Position numbers and translations under genes: made by a program
The notes under the pieces: generated by a model
Seen by the model: only the letters and a program-made list of their open reading frames with translations
The model's database searches: none
What the model was told of the DNA's origin: nothing
Assembly: GCA_016198685.1 (NCBI GenBank)
Contig: JACQID010000001.1
Span: 1-37,981, forward strand
Length of the DNA: 37,981 bases
Source of the DNA: Candidatus Aenigmatarchaeota archaeon
Lineage (GTDB): Archaea > Aenigmatarchaeota > Aenigmatarchaeia > GW2011-AR5
Direction: 5' to 3'
Part shown: piece by piece, positions 24,161 to 33,222 of the stretch
Layout: every line of letters starts with the position of its first letter
How positions within the stretch are numbered: the first letter of the stretch is position 1

Positions 24161-25699
24161 ATGATCGATGTTCCAGCCTTCTGGCGGTCTTTAAGCAAAA
24201 GTCAGAGATATCTTGGAATTGTGATTCTGGCAGCTATTTTTTACGCCTCAACTCTGTCATTGATATCGATTTACAAGATGAACCATTTTTCTTATCCGGA
24301 TTTTGATCTTGGATTTGCAGATCAGTCAATTTGGCTCTTGGCTAACGGAAACGAGCCATTTTCAACTGTAAGAGGAGTTCATGTTTTCGGGGATCACATG
24401 CATTTTATCTATCTAATCATAGCCCCGCTTTATTGGATCTGGAGCGATGTAAGAATACTGTTGATTTTTCAGAGCTTTATCCTGGCATCGGGCTTAATGC
24501 CCCTTTATCTGATAGCAAAAGATAAGCTAGGCAACGGAAAAATACCTGTTATTTTATCATTCACGTATCTTCTCTACCCGGCACTTCATTATCTCAATTT
24601 AGACAATTTTCATTCTGTGAGTTTGGGAGTTCCATTGTTTCTTTGGGCATTCTATTTTTTGGGAAAGAGGGAATACAAAATGCTATCCGTAGTTATCTTT
24701 CTTCTATTGCTTATCAGAGAAGAGTATGTCTTTACAATATTCTTGATGGGACTTTATACAGCCGTAAAATATGATAGGAAAAAAGGTGCTATAATTTCGG
24801 CTGTAGCGATCGCATGGCTGCTTCTTATGACAAATGTTATTTTTCCTTATTTCAGCGGCGTAGAATATCTTCAGTCGGGCAGAGTCGGATTGAAAGAATA
24901 TGGCTCCTCAATGCCCGAAATAATTCTAAATATGGCAAGCAATCCGGTTAGCGTGGCAAATAAAATATTCACTGAACATAATTATCAATATTTTACAGAT
25001 TTATTCGCGCCTCTGGGATTTATACCACTTCTTTATGCGCCTGTTATTTTACTCTCGTTTCCGGCGATGGGATTGAATATGGTCATTGACTGGCCTTATG
25101 CAAGTACTATTCACTATCATCACACAACGGCAATAATACCTTTTGTTTTTATTTCACTTATATATGCGCTTGATCATGCAAGCAAGATCGCGATCCGTTA
25201 TTTAAAGGTCAAAAGGTGTGTTGCCCTGAAATGCTTGGTAGCTCTCGTAATTGTGTCAAGTCTATATGCAAATATTTCCATGTCGCCTGAGTATACCAGA
25301 ATTTCCAATCCCGAAAGAATAGCTTACATGATTTTCAACATCAACACATTTAGTTCCGAGGAAAATGCCAGGTATGAAGCCATGAGTAGAATACCTTCAA
25401 ATGCGACTGTGTCATCCGGTTATTTATTTCTAGCTCACTTGAGCCAGCGGGAAATAGTTTACCTTTTTCCTAATCCATTCAAGGAAGCTTACTGGGGACT
25501 GGAGAACGGCAAATACATGCCTTCCCCGCCGACTTGGGATACGGATTATATAATTATAGATCGATATATGAGCAATGATGAAAGATCTATGGTAGAAAAC
25601 TTTATTACTTCAGGAGTTTATCGTTTGGTATATGAAAGTCATAATATAAGATTACTGGAAAGAAATCCTTCGATACCATTAGACGCGTTGCCTCCATAA
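24161..25699 (+). CDS. DUF2079-like polytopic membrane protein (predicted GT-C glycosyltransferase)
   Basis: DFDLGFADQSIW, FGDHMHFI, DNFHSVSLGVPL, LLLIREE and HYHHTTAIIPF. The ATG at 24161 is preferred because the upstream extension to 23576 is the antisense of cas4. Confidence 0.82.
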   Translation: MIDVPAFWRSLSKSQRYLGIVILAAIFYASTLSLISIYKMNHFSYPDFDLGFADQSIWLLANGNEPFSTVRGVHVFGDHMHFIYLIIAPLYWIWSDVRILLIFQSFILASGLMPLYLIAKDKLGNGKIPVILSFTYLLYPALHYLNLDNFHSVSLGVPLFLWAFYFLGKREYKMLSVVIFLLLLIREEYVFTIFLMGLYTAVKYDRKKGAIISAVAIAWLLLMTNVIFPYFSGVEYLQSGRVGLKEYGSSMPEIILNMASNPVSVANKIFTEHNYQYFTDLFAPLGFIPLLYAPVILLSFPAMGLNMVIDWPYASTIHYHHTTAIIPFVFISLIYALDHASKIAIRYLKVKRCVALKCLVALVIVSSLYANISMSPEYTRISNPERIAYMIFNINTFSSEENARYEAMSRIPSNATVSSGYLFLAHLSQREIVYLFPNPFKEAYWGLENGKYMPSPPTWDTDYIIIDRYMSNDERSMVENFITSGVYRLVYESHNIRLLERNPSIPLDALPP

Positions 25700-26350
25700 A
25701 GCGATTTTGAGGATCCCAATTAGCATCCTAAGGATATCGGTCTTCTTTACTGTGCTGCTTCTCGTTTCTTTAATGTCAACTTTATGTTCGTATATTTTGC
25801 CGCCTTTTTTCTTTACCTGAGCAAGAAGCTCGACATCAAACTCAAAACCTCTTGTTACAAAATTTGCCGGAAGAAACGACTTCTTGAAGACTTTCATCCC
25901 GGCTTGCGTGTCAGAGATATTTAGATCAAAAAAGCTGTTCACGAGAAAATTCCAGCATCTCCCATATATTTTTCTCATGCCACTTTCTTTTACCTGTCCA
26001 AAACTGGCACCATTCCATTTCGAGGCGATAACGCAGTCATATGCAGGAATCTTTGATAGCATGAATTTCAAATCTTTGGCAGAAAATGACATATCAGCAT
26101 CTATGAATCCTATCACATCATTTGAAGAATGCTTAAGTCCTTCTATAATGGCGCCTCCTTTCCCCAATTTATCCGGATAATTTGCTACTTTTATGCCGCC
26201 GAATTTTCCGGCAATGATGGAGGTATTATCGATGCAACCGTTGCAGATTATTATAATTTCAATATGTTTGAGTTCTTGTTGGATGCTTGTAATTCTCTCC
26301 GCAATAGTTTTTTCTGCATTATATGCAGGTATTATTATAGAAACGTTCAT
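25679..26350 (-). CDS. GT2 family glycosyltransferase (polyprenyl/dolichyl-phosphate sugar synthase-like)
   Basis: SIIIPAYN, CNGCIDNT, GKGGAI, DXD motif FIDAD, ISDTQAGMKVF and FEFDVELL. Confidence 0.9.
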   Translation of the reverse strand: MNVSIIIPAYNAEKTIAERITSIQQELKHIEIIIICNGCIDNTSIIAGKFGGIKVANYPDKLGKGGAIIEGLKHSSNDVIGFIDADMSFSAKDLKFMLSKIPAYDCVIASKWNGASFGQVKESGMRKIYGRCWNFLVNSFFDLNISDTQAGMKVFKKSFLPANFVTRGFEFDVELLAQVKKKGGKIYEHKVDIKETRSSTVKKTDILRMLIGILKIALWRQRV

Positions 26351-26352
26351 GA

Positions 26353-28440
26353 TTACTTAGCGACTCTGAACGTTTTATTCCTTATGAATTGTTGATATGT
26401 CTTTAATCGGGAGAAACCTCGTCCGGCAAACACAATATATGACATTGCCACAATCGAAAGAATTTTTCCTATAACGTCAATTATTGTATCGGAATAATAC
26501 AATTTAACGTTCTGTTTTTCAGGAATTATCATCATGAATGAAGGCGATGCGAGATATATTTTTTTGGCGCCTTCTACATGCCAGTTAGGGAAATAAGAGA
26601 CCTTGACGAGCAGAGGCTCGCCTATGCAGTCGGTAGTAATGTATATTTCATCTTCCCGCATATCTTCGGTGATATTGCACTTCTCTGCCGGGACTTCTCT
26701 TGCATCATCCAAGCTGTTTATTTTCTGGAATGGCAAATCTTCATTTGTATATATGACCGGCATTTCGGAGTTTCTTCCCATCCATTCCATGGACATTGCC
26801 TTCCAATCGCTGCCCGCATAAATAACAGGCTCGTATTTAGGCCTTTCGACATATCTGCTTTCTCCAAGAACTTCATATACGGTTAAAGGCCCTGCATCGT
26901 CAATTAATAAAAACCTTTCATCGGAAGCAAGCGCATCCTTTAATTTCTGGCTGCTGGCAACTATGTAACGTATGTTAAACAGCTTGATATGAGTCATGGC
27001 ATTGGCAGGATTGAAAAAAGTGCAGCGGATCGTGGATATCGGGCATGTGGGAGTTTCTGAAAGTTCGGATTGGAGATAAAAATGATAGGGCGACGATAGT
27101 GCCGATTCTATCAACAAGCCTTCCATCCCGGCTTTATTCGTGAAATATGGGATATTCTCCAGTGCGCGCGGTGAACCGAACATATAATTATGCCGTTCGG
27201 CATATTCGTGAAATACCCGTCCGTCGGGAAGTGACGATAATAATGCGCTTAATTCTTGCATGGATTCCCATTCCGGCTTGTCTTCAAAGCCGCTATAATT
27301 CCATGATATCCAGTGATGTATGAACGTGACGTTAAAAGCTATATACAATAGCGTAACTATAGCTATTATCACAGGCACTGCGACAAGAAATCTTTGCCTG
27401 ACAAATCGTGTAGCAAGGCAATACATGCCGTATGCCGCTATTGCCATTGAAAATATGTAATAAAACGGCAGGAATCTTGTATTCCATATGTATCCGGGCG
27501 GCGATATGAAGTAAAGCAAGACGGATAAAAGCGCTATATAGGCAAAATAGAAAATTCTTTTCTCATGATTCTTATATGCAAAGTAAATTCCGGCCAGTGC
27601 CATGGCAAAGAACGGATAAAGAACCGGCGGGGCGATGAATTCAATGCCGCTGCTGGGCGTGAAACCCATGGAAACAGAATAACCGACGTTGGCGAGCAAG
27701 GGAAGCGCCCAGAATGCGGCTAGCCCAAACGAAAGAGCGTATACTTTGAAGAGATATTTGAGATTTTCGGTTATTCTGCCCGAAAGAAGGAAATATGAAG
27801 ATGAAAGGACCGCCATTATGACAGGAATCAAATGGAACAGGCTCATTATAGCGAGCAAAAGAGAATTAGACGGGATAGAACCCGATTTTTGGATTCCTTG
27901 GTATAGCGAACAAAGGAAAAAAAGCGAAAGAGCCATGCTGATGGCAAATGAAAATTGACCGGCAAGAGAAGAAGGTATGTTTCCTCCGTACATGGAGAAG
28001 TTCTCAAGGAATAGGAAAGGAAGTATAAAGAGGGCAGTTATTGCAGGAAGCGGGAATGGAAACTCTAATTTCTTCATTCCGAAGAAGGCGCATAACGGCA
28101 TAAGAAATGCCGGTAACACAGTCACTAACTTGAATGCTATATTAAATGGAATGATGTAGCTGATTAGGGCAATCAGCAAGTATGCCATTGGAAAATAAAA
28201 TACGAACATCGGAAAGCCTGCATACCATCCAGGGCTCCATCCTGTAATCTTGTATTCCGGCAAAAGATGCGTTTTCATGTAATGCGCAAGATAGTTGTGC
28301 GACGTCGTGTCTCCTCCCGAAGTAGTAGTATCCGAAAAAATCAGTTCCGGCCGGAAATAACTAAAAAGAAAGAGAAAGACAGCTAATATTGCCAGTGAAT
28401 TCGCAATTTTCTCCTTATTTACGGATAAAGATAATGACAT
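26353..28440 (-). CDS. 'PTPS-related' (PF10131-like) multi-TM membrane protein, predicted GT-C glycosyltransferase with extracellular C-terminal domain
   Basis: TTSGGDTTSH...GWSPGWYAGFPMFVFYFP first loop, 10 or more TM segments, and a soluble C-terminus ending YFPNWHVEG plus a final TM. The ATG at 28440 lies 2 bp after the PAP2 stop. Confidence 0.8.
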   Translation of the reverse strand: MSLSLSVNKEKIANSLAILAVFLFLFSYFRPELIFSDTTTSGGDTTSHNYLAHYMKTHLLPEYKITGWSPGWYAGFPMFVFYFPMAYLLIALISYIIPFNIAFKLVTVLPAFLMPLCAFFGMKKLEFPFPLPAITALFILPFLFLENFSMYGGNIPSSLAGQFSFAISMALSLFFLCSLYQGIQKSGSIPSNSLLLAIMSLFHLIPVIMAVLSSSYFLLSGRITENLKYLFKVYALSFGLAAFWALPLLANVGYSVSMGFTPSSGIEFIAPPVLYPFFAMALAGIYFAYKNHEKRIFYFAYIALLSVLLYFISPPGYIWNTRFLPFYYIFSMAIAAYGMYCLATRFVRQRFLVAVPVIIAIVTLLYIAFNVTFIHHWISWNYSGFEDKPEWESMQELSALLSSLPDGRVFHEYAERHNYMFGSPRALENIPYFTNKAGMEGLLIESALSSPYHFYLQSELSETPTCPISTIRCTFFNPANAMTHIKLFNIRYIVASSQKLKDALASDERFLLIDDAGPLTVYEVLGESRYVERPKYEPVIYAGSDWKAMSMEWMGRNSEMPVIYTNEDLPFQKINSLDDAREVPAEKCNITEDMREDEIYITTDCIGEPLLVKVSYFPNWHVEGAKKIYLASPSFMMIIPEKQNVKLYYSDTIIDVIGKILSIVAMSYIVFAGRGFSRLKTYQQFIRNKTFRVAK

Positions 28441-28442
28441 AG

Positions 28443-28919
28443 TTATCCTATGAATGCCCAATAACCTATCGCAACTCCAATTAATATTCCTGCGCCGACA
28501 TCCGACAGATAATGCCTTTTTAGGGCAACGCGGCTGGCGGCGACGGACGCGAGAAGTAGCAAGCCGACAGCCGACATTATATAGTCTTTGCCGAAAAAGA
28601 ATGCCATATAAAGCAACGTGGCCCTTGCGGCGTGAACGCTGGGAAAAGAAGAGTTCTCAAGGCGCTCAAGAAGGGTCGGGAAATGATTCTTATGCACATC
28701 CGGTCTCCTCTTGAAGTACAGGAACTTGACAGAATAGACAATCGAGAACAAAATGCCAAGAGCCATGAGCATCCTGAAGGCAAGGGCGGAATCTGCAATA
28801 CCCAAATATGCCATGAGCACCGCATAAAACGGTAGGCCTCCCAGGACGCTGGCATCACTCACGAAATTTTTATATAATGTGACTGCCGCGAACCTCATTC
28901 CAAGCTTCATGTCGCTCAA
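28443..28919 (-). CDS. PAP2 (type 2 phosphatidic acid / lipid phosphate phosphatase) family membrane protein
   Basis: C1 K...KRRP, C2 SFPSVH and C3 SRVALKRHYLSDV..G. Confidence 0.92.
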   Translation of the reverse strand: MSDMKLGMRFAAVTLYKNFVSDASVLGGLPFYAVLMAYLGIADSALAFRMLMALGILFSIVYSVKFLYFKRRPDVHKNHFPTLLERLENSSFPSVHAARATLLYMAFFFGKDYIMSAVGLLLLASVAASRVALKRHYLSDVGAGILIGVAIGYWAFIG

Positions 28920-28959
28920 GGATATATCACATGAAACCTTTTTATTGTAAGTCTGTAAT

Positions 28960-31900
28960 ATGTCTGCTATGCATAAGGGCTGGCTTCTCGCAGCATTTGT
29001 CGTGGTTTCACTTTTTCAGGCATCCCATGCCGGCGAATGGAAAGAATGTTCTTCAGCGAATCTTGGGGAAGAAATCGGGGTTGATTCTAAAACATATACA
29101 TGCTGCTATGTCAGCAGCAGTGCACAATGGAAGGACGATGTCATGGCATGTGACAGGCCTGTTGTCACGGTGACACACAGTCCTGCATCCGTAGGAATCG
29201 GGGCAGCCGTGGGCTTTACCGCTACTGCGACAAGCTCCCTGCCTCTCAGTTCAATCATCATATTTATTGATGAGAATGATAACAAAATCGATGCCGATGG
29301 CAAAAATTCATATGAATTGCAGTTAACAAGCCCTGCATGCACCGGACAGGCAGCTCTTGGGCCAAAGACTTGTACATATTCCTCTCCGTCAAGAACTTAC
29401 AATACAGATGGACAAATAGTAAATTACAAAGCGTTTGCGCAGGGCAGCAAAGGACGGATATCGGATGTTACATCTCCAAAATCATTCACTGTCTCATCAA
29501 ACCCGATTCCCGTGTCTGCGATAACAGTCACGCCTGACAGGGAATGGTACGGGCCTGCCCATGCATCGGCAACCTTGCGATTTGATTATTCCGATGCCAG
29601 TAGCGTCGGGAATGAAAAACTTCAGCAATGCGAATACACTATAACAAGGGCAGGCACGCCTACGACTACAAGCGTTTCCTGCTCCAGCGTTGGTTCAGCC
29701 ACGCAATCTACTAGCCTGATATTAAGCGATTGTGGCCAGGGGGCGAGTGGGTGCGTTGCGAGCGCAAGAGCCAAAGACAACAGGGATTTCATATCACCAG
29801 TCACGCGCAACATTGGCGTTGACAGGACAAGTCCTTCAGCGACATCTCCTGTGCCTGGTGCGTCTTGCACCGCAGCTGCAGGGAAGGTTGCGAAAGGAGA
29901 AACCGTAGTTTACAGCTCAACAGCATCAGACGCTCTGAGCGGGGTAGCTGGAGGAACGTGCAAATTGCAGATAAAGAAAGCTTCTGATTCCTGGGCATCG
30001 GCAACAGAGTATCCGTTTACCGGCGGCTGCTCGGGAGCATGCAGCACGCCGGTTTCAGGGCCTGCTTCCCTCACAGAGCCGGGCATCTATAATACCAGAG
30101 TATTATGCATTGACAACGCCGGCAATGCAATGACTGATAATACTAATATCGACAATGTTGAGGTCACGAATGAAGAATGCTCATCGATTTTTGAGGTGAC
30201 GGTAACGGATTCCAAAGATCCTGTCGAAAGGATTGAAGCTTTTGCGTACACTGTAAATGTCAAGAATACAAGAGCTGCAACAGCAAACGCTGTATCGTTC
30301 AGCCTTGTTCTTCCGGCGGCGTTTGCTGACTTTCTTGGAACTCCGGAATCATGCTCGCAATCCGAAAGCACCATGACGTGCCAGATAGGAAACCTTGCAG
30401 GCGAAGGCGAATCGTCAACGACCATAAGTGTCAGTTCCAAGGAGTCCGTAGGCACATTCCGGGTCGATGCAACCGCGATAGATGCGGCAGGCTCGACAGG
30501 CTACGGAAATCAGCTAACAACAGTGATTGCGGGTTCTTCTTCGACGACAACTTTGCCGGCAGGACCAGTGGCTCCGCCAAGCGGCGCGTGCAGCACAGAA
30601 GGCGCAGAGCAGTGCGTTGGCGGACGGCATTATGTCTGCCAGAACGTGGGCAGCAGCTTGTGCGCTTCAGGAACTGACAGGCAAAGGTACAATGACGGGA
30701 TGTCAGGATGCGAGAAATCCGGATCCGGAGGCATTACCCAGGATCAGGCGGCAAGTCTGTGCGCATCCGGAACTCATCTATGCACGCTTGACGAATACTT
30801 GAGCAATGGAGGAAGAACAACGCCGCCTGACCTAAGATTTTACAGGCTTGGGGACTCTACAACGCGATATCTTGACACATCATGCTCAGGAACTCCATAC
30901 TTCCTTCCGGGTTCCGGGGGGTGTCTTGTAGCAAGGCAAGTTACAAATGGTTATAGTCCTAATGCAGCATCATGCGCAACTGCCACCCAAGGCTATTTCG
31001 GTTATTCATATCCCGAGTCGGGATATGGCAGTTATTGGGATCCGGTTATTTCAAACAGACGTTTTGATTATGCCGGAACGTGTTATGATACTACAGGTTA
31101 TGGTAGCGATGATGTTAAAGGTGCCGTGTGTTGTGGCATCCGCGCGCCTTCGCTCCAATGGCAGGATGTCGGAGCGTGCGTTCCGGACTTTTCAATAAGC
31201 CATGATCCCAATCCTCTGACGCTCGCGCCGGGCGAGATGGGTATTGCAAATGTGAACATAGATCCTATTAACGAGTTTACAGGCAATGTTCGGCTCTCAG
31301 GCTCTTGGAGTGGAACTCCTCTTCCTGGAGACGCTATTACTGAAGAAGGCAGGAATTTCCTATATATACCGGATTCAATTAGCCCTGCAGCGCCCGGACA
31401 GCTTTTCATATACGCAGACAGGGCAACGCCCTTTAGGGATTATACAATGAGGACTACAGGAACTTCTGGAAGCCTTATCCGGACTGGAGACCTCACGGTT
31501 CGCGTAGGGACTCCTGAAGGCTTTGCGGTTGTTTATCCGTCGCCGATTCTGATCATAAAGAAGCATCAGAAAGGCAATGCCGTTGGAATAGCGAATGTCG
31601 AGATAATACCATCCGCTTTCGCGCAGCCTGTAACGCTTTCAGGCAGATGGCTCGATGATGCGCCTGCAGGAGTAACGTTCCTGTTTAACCCTGCGGTAAG
31701 CATTGCATCAGAGGGAACGAGAGAATCGGATCTCATAATGACAGTCCCTGCTCTTGCTCCCGAGGGAGTATACATACTTGAAACTATAGGCACGGCAGCG
31801 ACAGGCGAGAGGAACACGTATCTTATTGTAATAATAGAGTCTCCAGGAACCGAGCCTTTCATAATAGGGCCTGACATGATAACGGTCAACGACATAAAAT

Positions 31901-32838
31901 ATGATTACGTTGAAAGAAAATTTGTGGAGATAATACCGCAATTCCAAAAACTATGCACGGCTCCGGAAGGATGCCCTGACTTTACAAGAGGAATGGTATC
32001 GGATTTCTTTGTCGCTGCTACTGTTAATTCGATACCTGAAACCGAATGCAGCCCTGATGCTGGATGCAGCGGAACCTACACTTTTGGAGGAAAAACTCTG
32101 CCTTTGGTCTGGAACCCGTTCAGGAAAGCATGGAAGGGGACTATGGACACGCTTGATGCTGATTTCGGGGGCGTTTGCACGGACAGGGAATTCGATCTTG
32201 ACGTGAGTTTTGTCACGGAAACGCTAAGCAAGGACAGCAAATTCAAAGTTCATATTAATTGCGACCCCAAAGTCGTTGTCAGCCCGTTCCAGGCGAGAGT
32301 GCCTATCGGGCAGAAGAACTTGAAGATATTTGACATCATGACGTACGATCCTGCAACTATAGACACGCCTGCCGAAAAATATGATATAGAAGTCGCTACA
32401 GACAAGCTGGCTGCAAAGAGCGAATTCCTCAGGCACTGGATTGCAATGCAATGCGATGAGGAATGCAATATTCTTGAGGAGGATTTGGACGAAATAAAAG
32501 CCTTGAGAGAAAGAGAACCCTCTGATCTTGCAATTCTTCTTGCAGGAAATGCGGGCGAAAAAGGCGTATTATCGTCAGACTTGTTGTTCCGCGGAGAAAT
32601 ACCGGCATCTGATCCTTCAAGGGGGCTGTATGTGGCTTCTGTGAGACTCAATGATAAGGGAGCCCAGATAGCAGGCACGTATGAATATGTATTCAGGGCG
32701 TCCCGCAATCCCGTGACAGAAGGCAAAGGCGTTTTGGCAGTCTATGCCGAAGGTCTCGACCAGTTCTCATTCATTCAGGCGATTGTCACAATGCTGATAG
32801 GTTCCTTGATTGCCATTGTAGGCGCAAGAAAACCTTAG
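28960..32838 (+). CDS. Large secreted, C-terminally membrane-anchored modular surface protein (Cys-rich modules, Ig-like and DUF11-like domains, lectin-like insert)
   Basis: Signal peptide (HKGWLLAAFVVVSLFQASHA), DSKDPV...YTVNVKN DUF11-like domain, Ser/Thr/Pro linker, DFSI..P..LTL.PG Ig modules, and a C-terminal TM followed by RKP. An alternative start lies at 28969. Confidence 0.85.
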   Translation: MSAMHKGWLLAAFVVVSLFQASHAGEWKECSSANLGEEIGVDSKTYTCCYVSSSAQWKDDVMACDRPVVTVTHSPASVGIGAAVGFTATATSSLPLSSIIIFIDENDNKIDADGKNSYELQLTSPACTGQAALGPKTCTYSSPSRTYNTDGQIVNYKAFAQGSKGRISDVTSPKSFTVSSNPIPVSAITVTPDREWYGPAHASATLRFDYSDASSVGNEKLQQCEYTITRAGTPTTTSVSCSSVGSATQSTSLILSDCGQGASGCVASARAKDNRDFISPVTRNIGVDRTSPSATSPVPGASCTAAAGKVAKGETVVYSSTASDALSGVAGGTCKLQIKKASDSWASATEYPFTGGCSGACSTPVSGPASLTEPGIYNTRVLCIDNAGNAMTDNTNIDNVEVTNEECSSIFEVTVTDSKDPVERIEAFAYTVNVKNTRAATANAVSFSLVLPAAFADFLGTPESCSQSESTMTCQIGNLAGEGESSTTISVSSKESVGTFRVDATAIDAAGSTGYGNQLTTVIAGSSSTTTLPAGPVAPPSGACSTEGAEQCVGGRHYVCQNVGSSLCASGTDRQRYNDGMSGCEKSGSGGITQDQAASLCASGTHLCTLDEYLSNGGRTTPPDLRFYRLGDSTTRYLDTSCSGTPYFLPGSGGCLVARQVTNGYSPNAASCATATQGYFGYSYPESGYGSYWDPVISNRRFDYAGTCYDTTGYGSDDVKGAVCCGIRAPSLQWQDVGACVPDFSISHDPNPLTLAPGEMGIANVNIDPINEFTGNVRLSGSWSGTPLPGDAITEEGRNFLYIPDSISPAAPGQLFIYADRATPFRDYTMRTTGTSGSLIRTGDLTVRVGTPEGFAVVYPSPILIIKKHQKGNAVGIANVEIIPSAFAQPVTLSGRWLDDAPAGVTFLFNPAVSIASEGTRESDLIMTVPALAPEGVYILETIGTAATGERNTYLIVIIESPGTEPFIIGPDMITVNDIKYDYVERKFVEIIPQFQKLCTAPEGCPDFTRGMVSDFFVAATVNSIPETECSPDAGCSGTYTFGGKTLPLVWNPFRKAWKGTMDTLDADFGGVCTDREFDLDVSFVTETLSKDSKFKVHINCDPKVVVSPFQARVPIGQKNLKIFDIMTYDPATIDTPAEKYDIEVATDKLAAKSEFLRHWIAMQCDEECNILEEDLDEIKALREREPSDLAILLAGNAGEKGVLSSDLLFRGEIPASDPSRGLYVASVRLNDKGAQIAGTYEYVFRASRNPVTEGKGVLAVYAEGLDQFSFIQAIVTMLIGSLIAIVGARKP

Positions 32839-32897
32839 CCTTCGCATAATAAGAAGAGTTGCTGGATTGAAATGACGCACTTTCCGGCATAGATGTA

Positions 32898-32906
32898 TTT
32901 TATATA
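32898..32906 (+). promoter_or_regulatory. Putative TATA box for the eS26 / pilus ATPase transcript
   Basis: TTTTATATA lies about 25-33 bp upstream of the GTG at 32931. Confidence 0.55.
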
Positions 32907-32930
32907 GCTTCGGAAACACTTAATTTGCAG

Positions 32931-33209
32931 GTGATTGACATTTCAGCCCCGTACAAGAGAGGTTACACGCATACCAAATCCAAAGGTCATGAATCGAATG
33001 TAGAGTGCGGTTTCTGCGGACGGCAGGTTCCTAGATGGAAAACCTTCACGACATTCAAAGGATTCAGGATAACGGATCCGGTACTGAGACAGCAAATTGA
33101 CAGAAGGGCGATGAGCATGTTCCAGAGGAAGATGTATGCATGCCCCTCCTGCGCCAGGCATAGGGGAATTGTGAAAGTAGGGAGAAGCAGGACGTCCAGA
33201 AGCAGCTAG
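32931..33209 (+). CDS. rps26e: 30S ribosomal protein S26e (eS26)-like zinc-binding protein
   Basis: KGHESNVECGFCGRQVPRWK...KMYACPSCARHRGIV matches the eS26 pattern GH...V.C.NC.R.VPKDK...K..YCVSCAIH..VV. Basic composition. The start codon is uncertain (32925 or 32931). Confidence 0.82.
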   Translation: MIDISAPYKRGYTHTKSKGHESNVECGFCGRQVPRWKTFTTFKGFRITDPVLRQQIDRRAMSMFQRKMYACPSCARHRGIVKVGRSRTSRSS

Positions 33210-33222
33210 AGGTTCATAGGCG

